Shown here in pieces: positions 9,669 through 19,231 of a DNA stretch of 64,000 nucleotides. The translations under genes and the position numbers were made by a program. The stretch covers positions 1 through 64,000 of the forward strand of contig CAVYJM010000017.1 in NCBI GenBank assembly GCA_963768855.1, given 5' to 3'. Source of the DNA: an uncultured Thermoplasmata archaeon. GTDB taxonomy: Archaea; Thermoplasmatota; Thermoplasmata; RBG-16-68-12. The notes beneath the pieces are model-generated. The model did no database searches. It was not told where the DNA came from and saw nothing but the letters and a program-made list of their open reading frames with translations. The number at the start of each line of letters is the position of its first letter. Position 1 is the stretch's first letter.

Positions 9669-10232
9669 ATGCAGATACTCTGCAGGTTTCTCAGGTACTG
9701 CGGCCTGATCGCGGTGCTGATGATCTGGCTCGGCAGCACTGTTCTCAACGCTCAGATACCGGGAGGGAAGGGTATGGATATTCAGCTGACAAGCAGCGCT
9801 TTCAATGAAGGCGGCATGATTCCGAAAAAGCACACCTGTGACGGTCAGGACGTATCACCCCCGCTCTCCTGGACCGGTGTGCCTGAGGGCACTAAGAGCA
9901 TGGCTCTCATCAGCGATGATCCGGACGCACCCATGGGCACCTGGGTACACTGGGTGATCTATGGCATTCCGGCTGGCGCATGCGATCTGCCCGAGGCAGT
10001 CCCGCCAAGCAAAAAGCTCGATAACGGGGCCAGGCAGGGAACCAATGATTTCCGGCGCATCGGCTTTGGGGGACCTTGTCCTCCATCGGGAACGCACCGC
10101 TACTACTTCAAGCTGTATGCTCTCGATCAGGAGCTGCCCTTGGACTCTGGTCTGACCAAAGATCAGCTGCTTAAGGCGATGAAAGGCCATATCCTGGCAG
10201 AAGGACAGCTGATGGGACGGTATAAACGTTAA
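9669..10232 (+). CDS. YbhB/YbcL (PEBP/Raf kinase inhibitor-like) protein
   Basis: DDPDAPMGTWVHWVIY, GPCPPSGTHRYYFKLYALD; RBS; signal-like N-terminus. Confidence 0.92.
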   Translation: MQILCRFLRYCGLIAVLMIWLGSTVLNAQIPGGKGMDIQLTSSAFNEGGMIPKKHTCDGQDVSPPLSWTGVPEGTKSMALISDDPDAPMGTWVHWVIYGIPAGACDLPEAVPPSKKLDNGARQGTNDFRRIGFGGPCPPSGTHRYYFKLYALDQELPLDSGLTKDQLLKAMKGHILAEGQLMGRYKR

Positions 10233-10250
10233 TCGTTGTCTGAAAAGAAG

Positions 10251-10327
10251 AGGGGTCAGGATTCAGCATTCAGGGGTCAGGGAAGATGTAGAGGACGGAT
10301 GTGCTGGCCTTGAACGCTGACCCCTTC
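10251..10327. repeat. Heptamer-repeat hairpin, family B copy 1
   Basis: (GGGTCAG/ATTCAGC)n arm with complementary arm CCTTGAACGCTGACCCC; shares ATTCAGGGGTCAGGG with 12252 and 16720; lies between convergent genes. Confidence 0.75.
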
Positions 10328-10331
10328 ATTC

Positions 10332-11468
10332 TCATCGCTGCTTCAGCCATCCCGCCAGACGCACCAGCAGACCTTTGTGGAACGTGATTGCGTCTTCCGG
10401 GCAGATCTCCTGGCAGCAGAAGCAACGAATACAGCGGTTGTAATCGAAGATGCTGGCCTGGTCGGCTATCTCAATCGCTCCAGCCGGGCAGATGCTTGCG
10501 CATCGACCGCATCCGGTGCAGGTGCTGCTCCGGCAGACGGGCCGAGAGACAAAGAACCTCTTGCTCAGACGGGAGAGAACGTCGGGAACGAAGCTGAGCG
10601 AATCAAGCTCGGGAATGCGGAAGGCATCCAGAGCAAATGCGTCCGGAGGGTCCCCGATCAGACCAATGCGACTGGTCGAGGTCTCACCGATGCCGCGGTC
10701 CCGGGCCGCGCGGTACAGAGGAAAAGACTCGAGCGGGACTCCCAGCAGGCGGCATAGTGAAATGTCCAGACTGACTGTGTCCGCCGATGCTGCGATGAGA
10801 TTGAGCTGCCGAGGAGTGCCGTTGCTGGGGCCATGTCCCTCCATGCCCCAGATGCCGTCAAGAATCGTCAGGGCTGGTTTCACCGCCTGATAGATATCGA
10901 GATGAAGCGAAGCAAAGGTGTCCCGGTCGACGCCAGCCATGAAGTGCCACTCCCCCTTCTGCTGGCCGGCGATGGTACCGAACAGATTCTTGATCCCCAG
11001 CGTAAGAACCATCTGGCAGTGCGTTTTCAGCTTGGGAAGATTGATGACCGCATCCGCTTCGAGAGCCTCCCGGCTGATCTCAAGCTTCTTGAACGCGGAA
11101 CCGGAGCAGGCTGGAGCTGGGACGGGATCGGTGAACTCGATCAGCGCGATGCCGAGCTCGCGGGCAATCGCGCTCATGCCGCTCCGGGCCGCGACTCTGC
11201 TGAATGGTTCCAGGGCAGGGCTATCGCCGATGAATGGCCGGCCGCCGGCATCCATAACGAGGCAGGCGGCTGCCCGCACGACTTCCGGATGCGTGGTGAT
11301 GTGCTTTTCCGGCGCACTGGCGGAGAGCAGATTTGGTTTCAGCAGCACGCGGTCTCCAGGCTTGAAGAACTGCGCTGCTCCTCCGAGGAGGTCCACTGAC
11401 CTGAGGACTGCAGCCTCGACCTCCGTGCGGCCATACTGTTCACAGCGGACCAGGGACACCGTGCTCAA
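10332..11468 (-). CDS. DUF362 domain protein with C-terminal 2x[4Fe-4S] ferredoxin
   Basis: VLLKPNLL, TTHPEVVRA, INLPKLKTH, GMEGHGPSNG, CTGCGRCASICP and CIRCFCCQEICP; TTG start chosen from the AAAGGAG RBS. Confidence 0.88.
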   Translation of the reverse strand: MSTVSLVRCEQYGRTEVEAAVLRSVDLLGGAAQFFKPGDRVLLKPNLLSASAPEKHITTHPEVVRAAACLVMDAGGRPFIGDSPALEPFSRVAARSGMSAIARELGIALIEFTDPVPAPACSGSAFKKLEISREALEADAVINLPKLKTHCQMVLTLGIKNLFGTIAGQQKGEWHFMAGVDRDTFASLHLDIYQAVKPALTILDGIWGMEGHGPSNGTPRQLNLIAASADTVSLDISLCRLLGVPLESFPLYRAARDRGIGETSTSRIGLIGDPPDAFALDAFRIPELDSLSFVPDVLSRLSKRFFVSRPVCRSSTCTGCGRCASICPAGAIEIADQASIFDYNRCIRCFCCQEICPEDAITFHKGLLVRLAGWLKQR

Positions 11469-11561
11469 GGATTTACTTCTCCTTTCAGTGCGATCAGATT
11501 CGATACGCAGCTCCATGCTCACAGTGTACGCTGCCGGGGAAAAAAGTCGAGGCCGAGGTCG

Positions 11562-11606
11562 GGTTCGTTGGGTTGCTTGAGTTCGTTGGGTTATTTGGGT
11601 CGCTTG
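11562..11606. repeat. Degenerate 9-bp tandem repeat x5
   Basis: GGTTCGTTG GGTTGCTTG AGTTCGTTG GGTTATTTG GGTCGCTTG. Confidence 0.75.
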
Positions 11607-11863
11607 TGAAGGGCGAGAGTCGCGTTGCACTGAGGCAAGAGGCGGGAGGCGTCTCACTGCCTGGATGAAACTTCAGCTCGGATAAACCTTGCTTGGATTT
11701 TCCACGCTGGCGACAAGCATGGTGTCTGTCATCCTGAGTTGCGCTTGACAGCTGTCGAGCGACACTCCCTCAGAATGACAGACTCTGTTCGTTGCATCGT
11801 TCGATCAACCTGGGCTCTGCCCGGAGGCTTGTGCTCACTTATTACTGATCAAAGGAGGAACCA

Positions 11864-12208
11864 ATGCCCTATTTCAAGATTGAAACCAATAAGACCGTCA
11901 TTGAGCTCGAGCGTCAGGAACTGCTGCGAAGAGCCTCTCACTTTCTCAGTGAGCTCCTTGGCAAGCCCGAAGAGTACATCATGGTGTCGGTGCATGGAGA
12001 TTCAGCGATGCTGTTCAGCGGGAGCACAGCAGCGACAGCGTATGTCGAGGTGAAGAGCATCGGCCTGGCGCGCGATCGATGCAGCGGGTATGCTGCAGCG
12101 ATCGCTGACTTCCTGCAAGCCGAGCTGGACGTTGCGCCTGAGCGCAGCTACATAGAGTTCACGGACATCGATGGCGGTCTGTTCGGCTGGAATCGCGGGA
12201 CGTTCTAA
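11864..12208 (+). CDS. MIF/phenylpyruvate tautomerase family protein
   Basis: N-terminal Pro, LLGKPEEYIMV, EVKSIG, YIEFTD, GWNRGTF; AAAGGAGG RBS. Confidence 0.9.
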   Translation: MPYFKIETNKTVIELERQELLRRASHFLSELLGKPEEYIMVSVHGDSAMLFSGSTAATAYVEVKSIGLARDRCSGYAAAIADFLQAELDVAPERSYIEFTDIDGGLFGWNRGTF

Positions 12209-12221
12209 TCTGATGGCTGGA

Positions 12222-12321
12222 GGTTCCAAGTTCAAGGTCTAAGGGGGCAGCATTCAGGGGTCAGGGAATCAGTCCGACCTGTCCTTTGCTTCCTGATCCC
12301 TGAATTCTTGAACTTTGAACC
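12222..12321. repeat. Heptamer-repeat hairpin, family B copy 2
   Basis: GGTTCCAAGTTCAAG...ATTCAGGGGTCAGGG arm pairs with CCTGATCCCTGAATTCTTGAACTTTGAACC; lies between convergent genes. Confidence 0.75.
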
Positions 12322-12325
12322 GTCT

Positions 12326-12685
12326 CTAAGGCACCAGGACCAGCGCCTCGGATGGACAGAAGGCTATGCACTGTGCGCACAGGTCGCAGGTGATCGGCTT
12401 TCCGGTATCAGGCTCTCTGAAGAGCGGCCGGGAAGGGCAGCTGGCGCGGCACAGGAGACATTCGTCGTACTGCTCACCTTTGATCAGTACCGGGCATTTG
12501 GTTTTGCATTCCTCCGTGACAATGGGGCCGGCAATGACTGGAAAGCTTTTTCCCTGCTCAGGCAGGCGAATGATCCGGATGCGGGATTTTTTCGGATTGT
12601 TGACCCCGTAATGATGAAGGGAGCAAACCAGTTCACAGGCGCCGCAGCCGCTGCATTTGTCAAAGTCGACCAGAATTTTTTTCAT
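12326..12685 (-). CDS. Multi-[4Fe-4S] ferredoxin subunit associated with AOR
   Basis: CSGCGACELVC, CLLCRASCP, CDLCAQCIAFCP; directly downstream of the AOR gene. Confidence 0.85.
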   Translation of the reverse strand: MKKILVDFDKCSGCGACELVCSLHHYGVNNPKKSRIRIIRLPEQGKSFPVIAGPIVTEECKTKCPVLIKGEQYDECLLCRASCPSRPLFREPDTGKPITCDLCAQCIAFCPSEALVLVP

Positions 12686-12694
12686 GGGGATTCC

Positions 12695-14628
12695 TTACGC
12701 TATGATTCCTCGTTCTTTGAGCTCCACCGCGACGTCTCCCAGACCAAGCGCCTCGAGGCGTTCGCTCCGGGGCATCCCGTTCTCATCCCAACCGTGCAGA
12801 GCATAGTATTCAGTGAGCACCTGGTCGAATTTCTGCGGGTCCAGCCGAACGCCGTGGCGAACAGATTTCTCCCTAAAATAAAATGCGGGAATCGAATCGT
12901 CGGGCCGTCTCAATCCTTCACGCACATTGAAGCTGCGAATGAGCGTTTCAACGCGCTCGTTATAGCGGTCGAGTGCTGTCTCATCGATATCCCTGCCGGT
13001 GACGAATGAAAGCACCTGTGCCCGGGCTTGCGGGGTGAGGATGCCGGAGAGCGTTACTCCCGACAGCCACCAGCGACAGACGCCAAGGATGTCCGAGAGG
13101 CTGTTGATTTTCTCGAAGTGTTCCACCAGCCCCGCCTTGCCCTCATAGCGTTCCACGTATCCCTCTTGGAGAACGGTTTCAGCGAGGTGAGGGGGCAATG
13201 AACTGGTGAGCATGCGCAGATATTCCATCGGCACCTGGGCGCTCAGGCTCATCAGCGTGGCACCATGCGCGCGGACCTGATCGCCTCGCTGCGAGATCGC
13301 CCCAGCCAGGGCTGCGTCAATGAGATAGAGCGAATAGTGCACCAGCTCGACCCCCTTGGTCTGGTAGGCATACTGTTCAGCTCCCCGGCCCAGGCGCTGG
13401 CTGGCCTTTACAATCCCTTCGGAAAACAGCTCGCCAACACCCTGCCGCCGGGCGATCTTCTCCACCAGCAGGCCGAGCGCCTCTTTATCACCCCAGCGCA
13501 GGGTAACCCCGTCAGTGTCCTGTTCACTGATGATGCCTTTTTCGAACAGCTCAGTGAGAAAAGCGACATCAGTGACAGCGCTGAAAACATCGATACCGAG
13601 CTTCTGACATTTCATAAAAAGCCTGGAATCAGCTGCAAGGTCCAGGGCCGCTGATTGTGTCCGGGTGGTAAAGATGAGCCAGGTGTCGCAATGGAGATAG
13701 GTCAATTCTTGTGTTCCGTCAGACCCCGGAACTTTGAACTGCGGTTTACAGGGCATAGGGCAGTTCAGACAGGGGGAGGGAAGGCCGGCACCGTACTCCT
13801 TGAAAAATCCATTGACTGCATCGATGAGCCCGGCGCCCCCAGGCCAGCCGGCAGGAGGCTGCTCATGATGCGTGCCGAAAAGCATGTGCTGGCTTTCTTT
13901 GGCAATCTCGCCCGCAGTATCCTGTATCACCGCGGTCAGAGCGCGTATTCCTTCAGTAAGCCCGGCGCATACCCGGGTCAGCTCTTTTGGCCGGGCAATC
14001 GGTATGTCGCCGTTTCCCCGCACTGCGATTGCTTTCAGATGTTTTGATCCCATTACCGCACCCATGCCAGTGCGGCTGGCGCAGCAGGAGGGCCAGCTGA
14101 CAATGGAAGCGCAGGCTACCAGATTTTCTCCGGCCGGCCCGATGCTGATCACTCTGACGTCTTCGCCGCATTCATGCTGTATCAGCCGGGACGTTTCAGC
14201 AGTATCGCGGCCCCAGAGATGCCGGGCATCTCGAAGCTCGACGTGCCCGTCGGTTATGAGGAGGTAGGAAGGAGCCTCAGCGCGGCCGGAAAGAATGAGC
14301 TGATCGAAGCCGGCATACTTGAGTTCTGCCGGCCAGTACCCGCCGATGTTGCTGTCGCCGTATCGGCCGGTCAGCGGTGACTTGGCCGAGATGGAACATT
14401 TTGCAGCCGGTCGGCACCAGCGTTCCGACCAGGGGACTCGGTACCGATGGTCAGGGTATTCTCCGGGTCCAGGGGCCTGGTTTCTGGCTTGACCTCATTC
14501 CAGAGCACCCTGGCGTTGATACCTTTGCCGCCCAGAAATGCCTGATGGTAGCGTTCGCTGGGCTCTACGGTCACCTGTCCGCTGGTGAGATTGATTCGCG
14601 CTGTGTTTCCTACCCATCCGTATGACAT
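12695..14628 (-). CDS. aor: Aldehyde:ferredoxin oxidoreductase family (W/Mo-pterin); two +1 frameshifts at ~14438 and ~14401
   Basis: MSYGWVGNTARINLT..FLGGKGIN; once corrected, SAKSPLTG..DSNIGG..AELKYAGFD; SIGPAGENLV; GMGAVMGSKHLKAI; CLNCPMPC; GVC; YYALHGWD. Confidence 0.88.
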
Positions 14629-14781
14629 TGCCTGATCCTCTCTGGCCGGGGATTGAAGAGCTGCAAGGTTCTTCATTATACTGGATGGCCGGAGATTATC
14701 AACCGGAAAGAGGAGAAGCGAGGAGAGGATCTAGAATGCAGGGGTTGGGCTGTGGGTTGTGCGGTGGGCATTGGAGATGTG

Positions 14782-14843
14782 GGATTGCTGATTTCTGATT
14801 TTGGATTTGGAGAGCAGGATCTCCAATCAGAAATCTGCAATCC
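14782..14843. repeat. Heptamer-repeat hairpin, family C copy 1
   Basis: GGATTGCTGATTTCTGATTTTGGATTTGGAG pairs with CTCCAATCAGAAATCTGCAATCC; related to 20453-20522. Confidence 0.7.
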
Positions 14844-14846
14844 TGG

Positions 14847-15232
14847 TCACATGAACCTGATACTTCTGGTTGCGGCTTTCACAACGAAACCCGATCGTTG
14901 TTGCTGTCCGGATTGGCAGGGGTAATAAAAAACCCGAGACGGTCGGGTGAATAGCCCAGGGTGTGGCCATTGATGACCTCACCGTCAGCGAATTCCACGC
15001 GGATCTTTTTGCCGCCGCCGGCTATCTCGCTCTCATAGCTGTCCTGACGCTGCTTATCGCCGTCAAAGTCCTTGACGAAGAAGACCGCCTTGATTTCTTC
15101 AACATACACTGTCCGAGCTTCTCCCTGTCCGCCGGTAACCCGGAACTGCGCTCGATTGGGAAAGAAGTCGGTTGTGGTTCCTTTCAGGATTGTGCCGTCA
15201 TTATAGTGAACTACCACCTTGTTAGCAGGCAT
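14847..15232 (-). CDS. Conserved hypothetical protein, DUF6982-like (probable -1 indel ~14888)
   Basis: NKVVVHYNDGTILKGTTTDFFPNR...IKAVFFVKDFDG...VEFADGEVING...GFFITP...NNDRV; restoring one T gives RVFVVKAATRSIRFM-stop. Confidence 0.65.
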
Positions 15233-15516
15233 GCATCCTCCGCAGCATTGAATACATGAAGAAATCTGTGTCGGTGAGTCCGAGCAGAATGCTGGTCGTA
15301 GTGTATGACCATCACACCATGGCGGCGCAGCCGGCCGGACCATTCGGCTGCTAGAAAAAGTATATCATACCTGCGGTGGAAAAGAAAAATCATGGAACGC
15401 AGCGGGAGCAGGCTGCACGCTGGTCCTGACAGAATGCGCGATCTAAGGATTTGACGAAGCTCTCGATATGTGGTTACTTGTGGGGAACTGATCAGTCTTA
15501 CTCTATGGGAGCTGCA

Positions 15517-16702
15517 ATGCCGGTTACCACCCATCTTCGAGCCAATAATACCCATCGCGTTGATCCCTATCCAGTCGGGATCCTCAAGCGAATCGAGCGG
15601 CCGACCACGGTTGTCGACGAATCAGGCATTCAGCGCGTGGACGAGCGGGAAAGCGGTTTCAATCGTGCGCTGCGGGGGAGACTTTGGCGAGCAGCTGCTT
15701 CATGAGCGGCACCGGTTCGTCTCCAAACATCCGCTCTCAGCGAGCCTGGTGCAGATGCAGTTCACCTTGGGCGATCTCGTCGACGGGATACCGGCGGAGA
15801 AGAAAGCGCCGCTGACCGATGATCCGGCTGCGATGGCGCGTCACATCAAGGAAACAGCGTATTTTCTCCGGGCTGACCTGGTCGGGATCTGCAAGCTTCC
15901 TCCGTATGCGGTATACAGCCACAGCATGGCTACCGGTGAGCCGGTTACCTGCAGCCATCAGTATGCCATTGCCATCCTTACCGATCAGGACTCGAAAACT
16001 GCTGAAGCTGCCGTAGGTAATGACTGGATCAGTAACTCCATGAGCTTCCTGGCATACTCCACTTCCGGATTTATCGCCTGCATCCTTGCTGATTACCTCC
16101 GCCGTCTCGGGTATCCGGCCCGTGCTCACCATGCCCGGAACTATCAGGTGCTGGTCCCTCCGATTCTGCTCTGGGCCGGCCTGGGAGAGATGTGCCGGAT
16201 CGGCGACATCGTGCTCAACCCGTTCCTTGGGCCCCGGTTCAAAGCTTCGATTGTCACCACTGACCTGCCACTGGCAGTGGACCGGCCGATTGACTTCGGC
16301 CTGCAGGATTTCTGTCGCAGGTGCAAGCAATGTGCTCGCTACTGTCCATCTGGCGCTATCAGTTTCGGGGACACGGTCATGTTCAATGGATATGAGCGAT
16401 GGCCCTGTGATGTGGAGAAATGCACCCGGCAGCGGGTAGGTAACAGAAAAGGCTCGGGCTGCGGTGTCTGTATCTCTGTCTGTCCCTGGAACAAGCCATA
16501 TACCCCATTCCACCGCCTGGTGCAGTGGACCATGAGGCATGTGCCTGTGGCACGGAACTTCGCCGCCTGGGGCGATGAGTTTTTTGGATTCACCAGGCCG
16601 CACCTGGAAAAAAAGTGGTGGCTCGACCTGGAGGATGTCGATGGAGAGCTGCGCGTTCCGGCCTTGGCCGGTGGCAGGGGCAGCTATCGGCCAAAGCGGT
16701 GA
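15517..16702 (+). CDS. rdhA: Cobalamin/Fe-S reductive dehalogenase-like protein (NpRdhA-like, no Tat signal); one +1 frameshift in the G run 15674-15678
   Basis: HIKETAYFLRADLVGIC, AGLGEMCRIGDIVLNPFLGPRFKASIVTTDLPL..DRPIDFGLQDFC, CRRCKQCARYCP, C-x12-CGVCISVCPWNKP; the N-terminus lies in ORF 15451-15705. Confidence 0.8.
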
Positions 16703-16703
16703 G

Positions 16704-16790
16704 GAGTTCAAGGTGCAGGATTCAGGGGTCAGGGCACACGGTGAGGACGGAAGCGCTGACCTTGAATGCTGATCCCTGAATCCTGACCCC
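16704..16790. repeat. Heptamer-repeat hairpin, family B copy 3
   Basis: GAGTTCAAGGTGCAGGATTCAGGGGTCAGGG arm pairs with CTGACCTTGAATGCTGATCCCTGAATCCTGACCCC. Confidence 0.75.
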
Positions 16791-16797
16791 GGCTTCC

Positions 16798-16827
16798 GTG
16801 GGAGCGGCATCCCTGCCGCGAATGTCT
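16798..16827. repeat. REP element, family A copy 2 (inverted, degenerate)
   Basis: GTGGGAGCGGCATCCCTGCCGCGAATGTCT closely matches the reverse complement of 6865-6900. Confidence 0.8.
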
Positions 16828-16881
16828 GGAATCATCTTCACCGAGTAAACCGATGACCCTCTTAAGACTGAGTACTGGCAC

Positions 16882-18108
16882 ATGAACGTTGATCTTATGC
16901 GACTTGTAGATCGCTGGCTGGGCGTGCCGCTGTGTTTTCTATTCTCGCTGATTGCTGCGGCGACACGAATCAGACGAAAGCCGAGCCGGAGAAGTACGCC
17001 GCGGAAGATCCTTTTTATCCAGATATCGGAAATGGGATCGGCAATCTCCGCCCACAGCGCGCTTCTCAAGACGCGGCAGCTTTTCCCGGGAGCGGAACTG
17101 TACTATTTCATTTTCGAGGAAATGAAGGAAAGCATCCGGCTGCTCGGCCTCATTCCCGACGACCATATTCTAACCGTCTCCTCAAACTCCCCGCTCCGCT
17201 TTCTTGCCGATGCGGTCAGGCTGATCCACACGTTGCGGCGGATCCGGGTCGATGCGGCTATTGACCTGGAGCTGTTTTCCCGAGCCAGCGCGGTCTTCGG
17301 GTATCTGTCCGGAGCTCCCTTCAGGGTCGGGTTTTATCGGTTTCATATGGAGGGACTGTACCGCGGATCCCTTCTCACCCACAGAGTGATCTATAACCAT
17401 CTGAACCATATCAGCGTGAACTTCCTGGCGCTTGTTTACGCTCTTCAGCAGGAGGAATCGAAAGAGCCGTTCACCAAGATGGCGGTCAATCAGAGCGATA
17501 TCGTTCCTGCCCGCCATGTTTCCTCGGAGGAAGATAAACAGCGTATCCTGATCAATCTGCAGCACCTCTGCCCGAGCCTGAGGCCGGAGAACACTATCGT
17601 TCTGCTCAATCCTAACGGGAGCAACCTGCTTCCGCTGCGGCGCTGGCCGATGGAACGCTATATCGAGCTGGCCCACAGGCTGCTGGCTAATCCCGCAGTG
17701 GTCATAGTCATAACCGGCGCGGCGTCGGAATGGAAGGATGCCGCAGTGATTACCGATGCCGTACAGAACCCGCGTTGCATCAATTTTGCCGGGCTGACAA
17801 CGCTGCGGGAGCTGATCGACCTCTACGCCGTGGCGAGCGTGATGGTGAGCAATGATTCCGGCCCCCCTAACTTCGCCTCCCTCACCGATCTGCGCGTTCT
17901 GGTATTTTTTGGCCCCGAAACGCCGCAGTGCTACCGCCCGCTCAGCGACCGGATCGAAGTCCTCTACGCTGATTATTTTTGCAGCCCCTGCGTGTCCGCC
18001 TACAATCATCGCAAGTCAGCATGCACGGACAACAAGTGTGTGCAGGCGATCACCGTGGATGATGTATGTACCAGGTTGAAGGCGCTGGTGCCGGGCCTGA
18101 TGGTGTAA
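16882..18108 (+). CDS. Glycosyltransferase family 9 (heptosyltransferase-like)
   Basis: FIQISEMGS, RRWPMERYIELA, NFAGLTTLRELI, VSNDSGPPNFA, FFGPETP. Confidence 0.88.
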   Translation: MNVDLMRLVDRWLGVPLCFLFSLIAAATRIRRKPSRRSTPRKILFIQISEMGSAISAHSALLKTRQLFPGAELYYFIFEEMKESIRLLGLIPDDHILTVSSNSPLRFLADAVRLIHTLRRIRVDAAIDLELFSRASAVFGYLSGAPFRVGFYRFHMEGLYRGSLLTHRVIYNHLNHISVNFLALVYALQQEESKEPFTKMAVNQSDIVPARHVSSEEDKQRILINLQHLCPSLRPENTIVLLNPNGSNLLPLRRWPMERYIELAHRLLANPAVVIVITGAASEWKDAAVITDAVQNPRCINFAGLTTLRELIDLYAVASVMVSNDSGPPNFASLTDLRVLVFFGPETPQCYRPLSDRIEVLYADYFCSPCVSAYNHRKSACTDNKCVQAITVDDVCTRLKALVPGLMV

Positions 18109-18183
18109 GGTACGTCTCTTCGTTCATGGTTGATTCCGCTGAAGAGGAAGACACCCTCGCACGCTTCAAAATCATCGTTGTGG

Positions 18184-18272
18184 CGTCGCGACGCGACGGG
18201 TGGTTTCTGCTGTGCGCTGTCATCCCGGCCTTGAAAGGCCGGGCTTCACTCATGCGGTCCGTACCGGACGCA
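18184..18272. repeat. Composite palindromic element (REP-like)
   Basis: CGTCGCGACGCGACG, CCCGGCCTTGAAAGGCCGGG and GTCCGTACCGGAC hairpins in series in non-coding DNA. Confidence 0.6.
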
Positions 18273-18662
18273 TCTGCATTAAGATCAGCTGTTGACTTCC
18301 GATACGGAAGTACTATCCGCCTCGCGAAGCGAAGGCCGCGATGCAGTCGCGGACGATAGTCCCTGATCCTTAACAATGCGCTTCGCAGAGCGAATGCACC
18401 AGTGTAGCCGGGGCGCAGTCCCCGGACCACGGTTGTCCTTCAAAGATGCCTTACGTAGTGAGAGCATGATTCTCTTGGGGCGTTCGAGCACACACGAATC
18501 CAACAAGTAATTTTTTTTGTTCACTTTGACCGTATCTGTCAATCCGGTCTTTTATGATGAGGCTGAAATCCGCTGCTGCCCGGCTGGCTGAATTATGCCG
18601 AGTCAGGCTCTGCCAGGAGCCGGGCTTGCAGCTTCTGCCATCATCATGAAAGGAGGTACGGT

Positions 18663-19082
18663 ATGATCGGACGAAGGGAGTTCCTCAAGCTGTTGCCAGG
18701 GTTCATGGCGCTGCCGATGGCGGCGCCCGTCCAGAGCGCGGAGCGGAAGTCGCTGCTTTTCGAGGATTATATTGCCGGATTTCAATTCTACCGGGGCGAG
18801 GCGGTGACGAAAAACCTGAGGCAGGGAGACCGGCTCAGGCTTCAGCGTGAGCCGGGAAATCGCTATGATGGGATGGCTATAGAAGTCTATTCGCCTGAAG
18901 GCGTGAAGCTCGGATATATTGCCCGGCAGGTCAACACCATTCCCGCCTGCATGCTGGATCGGGGAGTGAGACTTGAGGCCCGCATTCTGGACGTAAACCG
19001 GCCGCCAGTGCCGTCGTGGGAGCGGGTGAGGGTTGCCGTATATTTCGATGTGGCTGAGGCGGCATGGGGCGAGATCCGCTGA
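18663..19082 (+). CDS. HIRAN domain protein with twin-arginine-like signal peptide
   Basis: MIGRREFLKLL + hydrophobic stretch + VQS|AE; IAGFQFY, LQREPGNRYDGMAIEV, KLGYIAR HIRAN motifs; AAAGGAGG RBS. Confidence 0.85.
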   Translation: MIGRREFLKLLPGFMALPMAAPVQSAERKSLLFEDYIAGFQFYRGEAVTKNLRQGDRLRLQREPGNRYDGMAIEVYSPEGVKLGYIARQVNTIPACMLDRGVRLEARILDVNRPPVPSWERVRVAVYFDVAEAAWGEIR

Positions 19083-19116
19083 TGCCGCTGCATACTCATG
19101 CGTGGCTAAAACCGGA

Positions 19117-19160
19117 ATGAAAAAAGGCGGCTTCGCATTCGCTGAAGCCGCCTTTTTCAT
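19117..19160. terminator. Bidirectional rho-independent terminator
   Basis: A6-GGCGGCTTC-loop-GAAGCCGCC-T5 between convergent genes. Confidence 0.85.
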
Positions 19161-19231
19161 GTCTGTATCTGTTACGCTGTGATCAGACGCGCGTCTTTCG
19201 TCTGGTTGCAGCAATGCTCAGCAATCTTCTG

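Noticed and set aside
11864-12208. MIF homologue as a eukaryote-like immune mimic
   Set aside because: MIF/tautomerase homologues are widespread in bacteria; nothing in the context supports a special role
15240-15516. Cobalamin riboswitch upstream of rdhA
   Set aside because: Looked for the B12-box core (GGGAA...GCCACTG...GGGAAG) and did not find it
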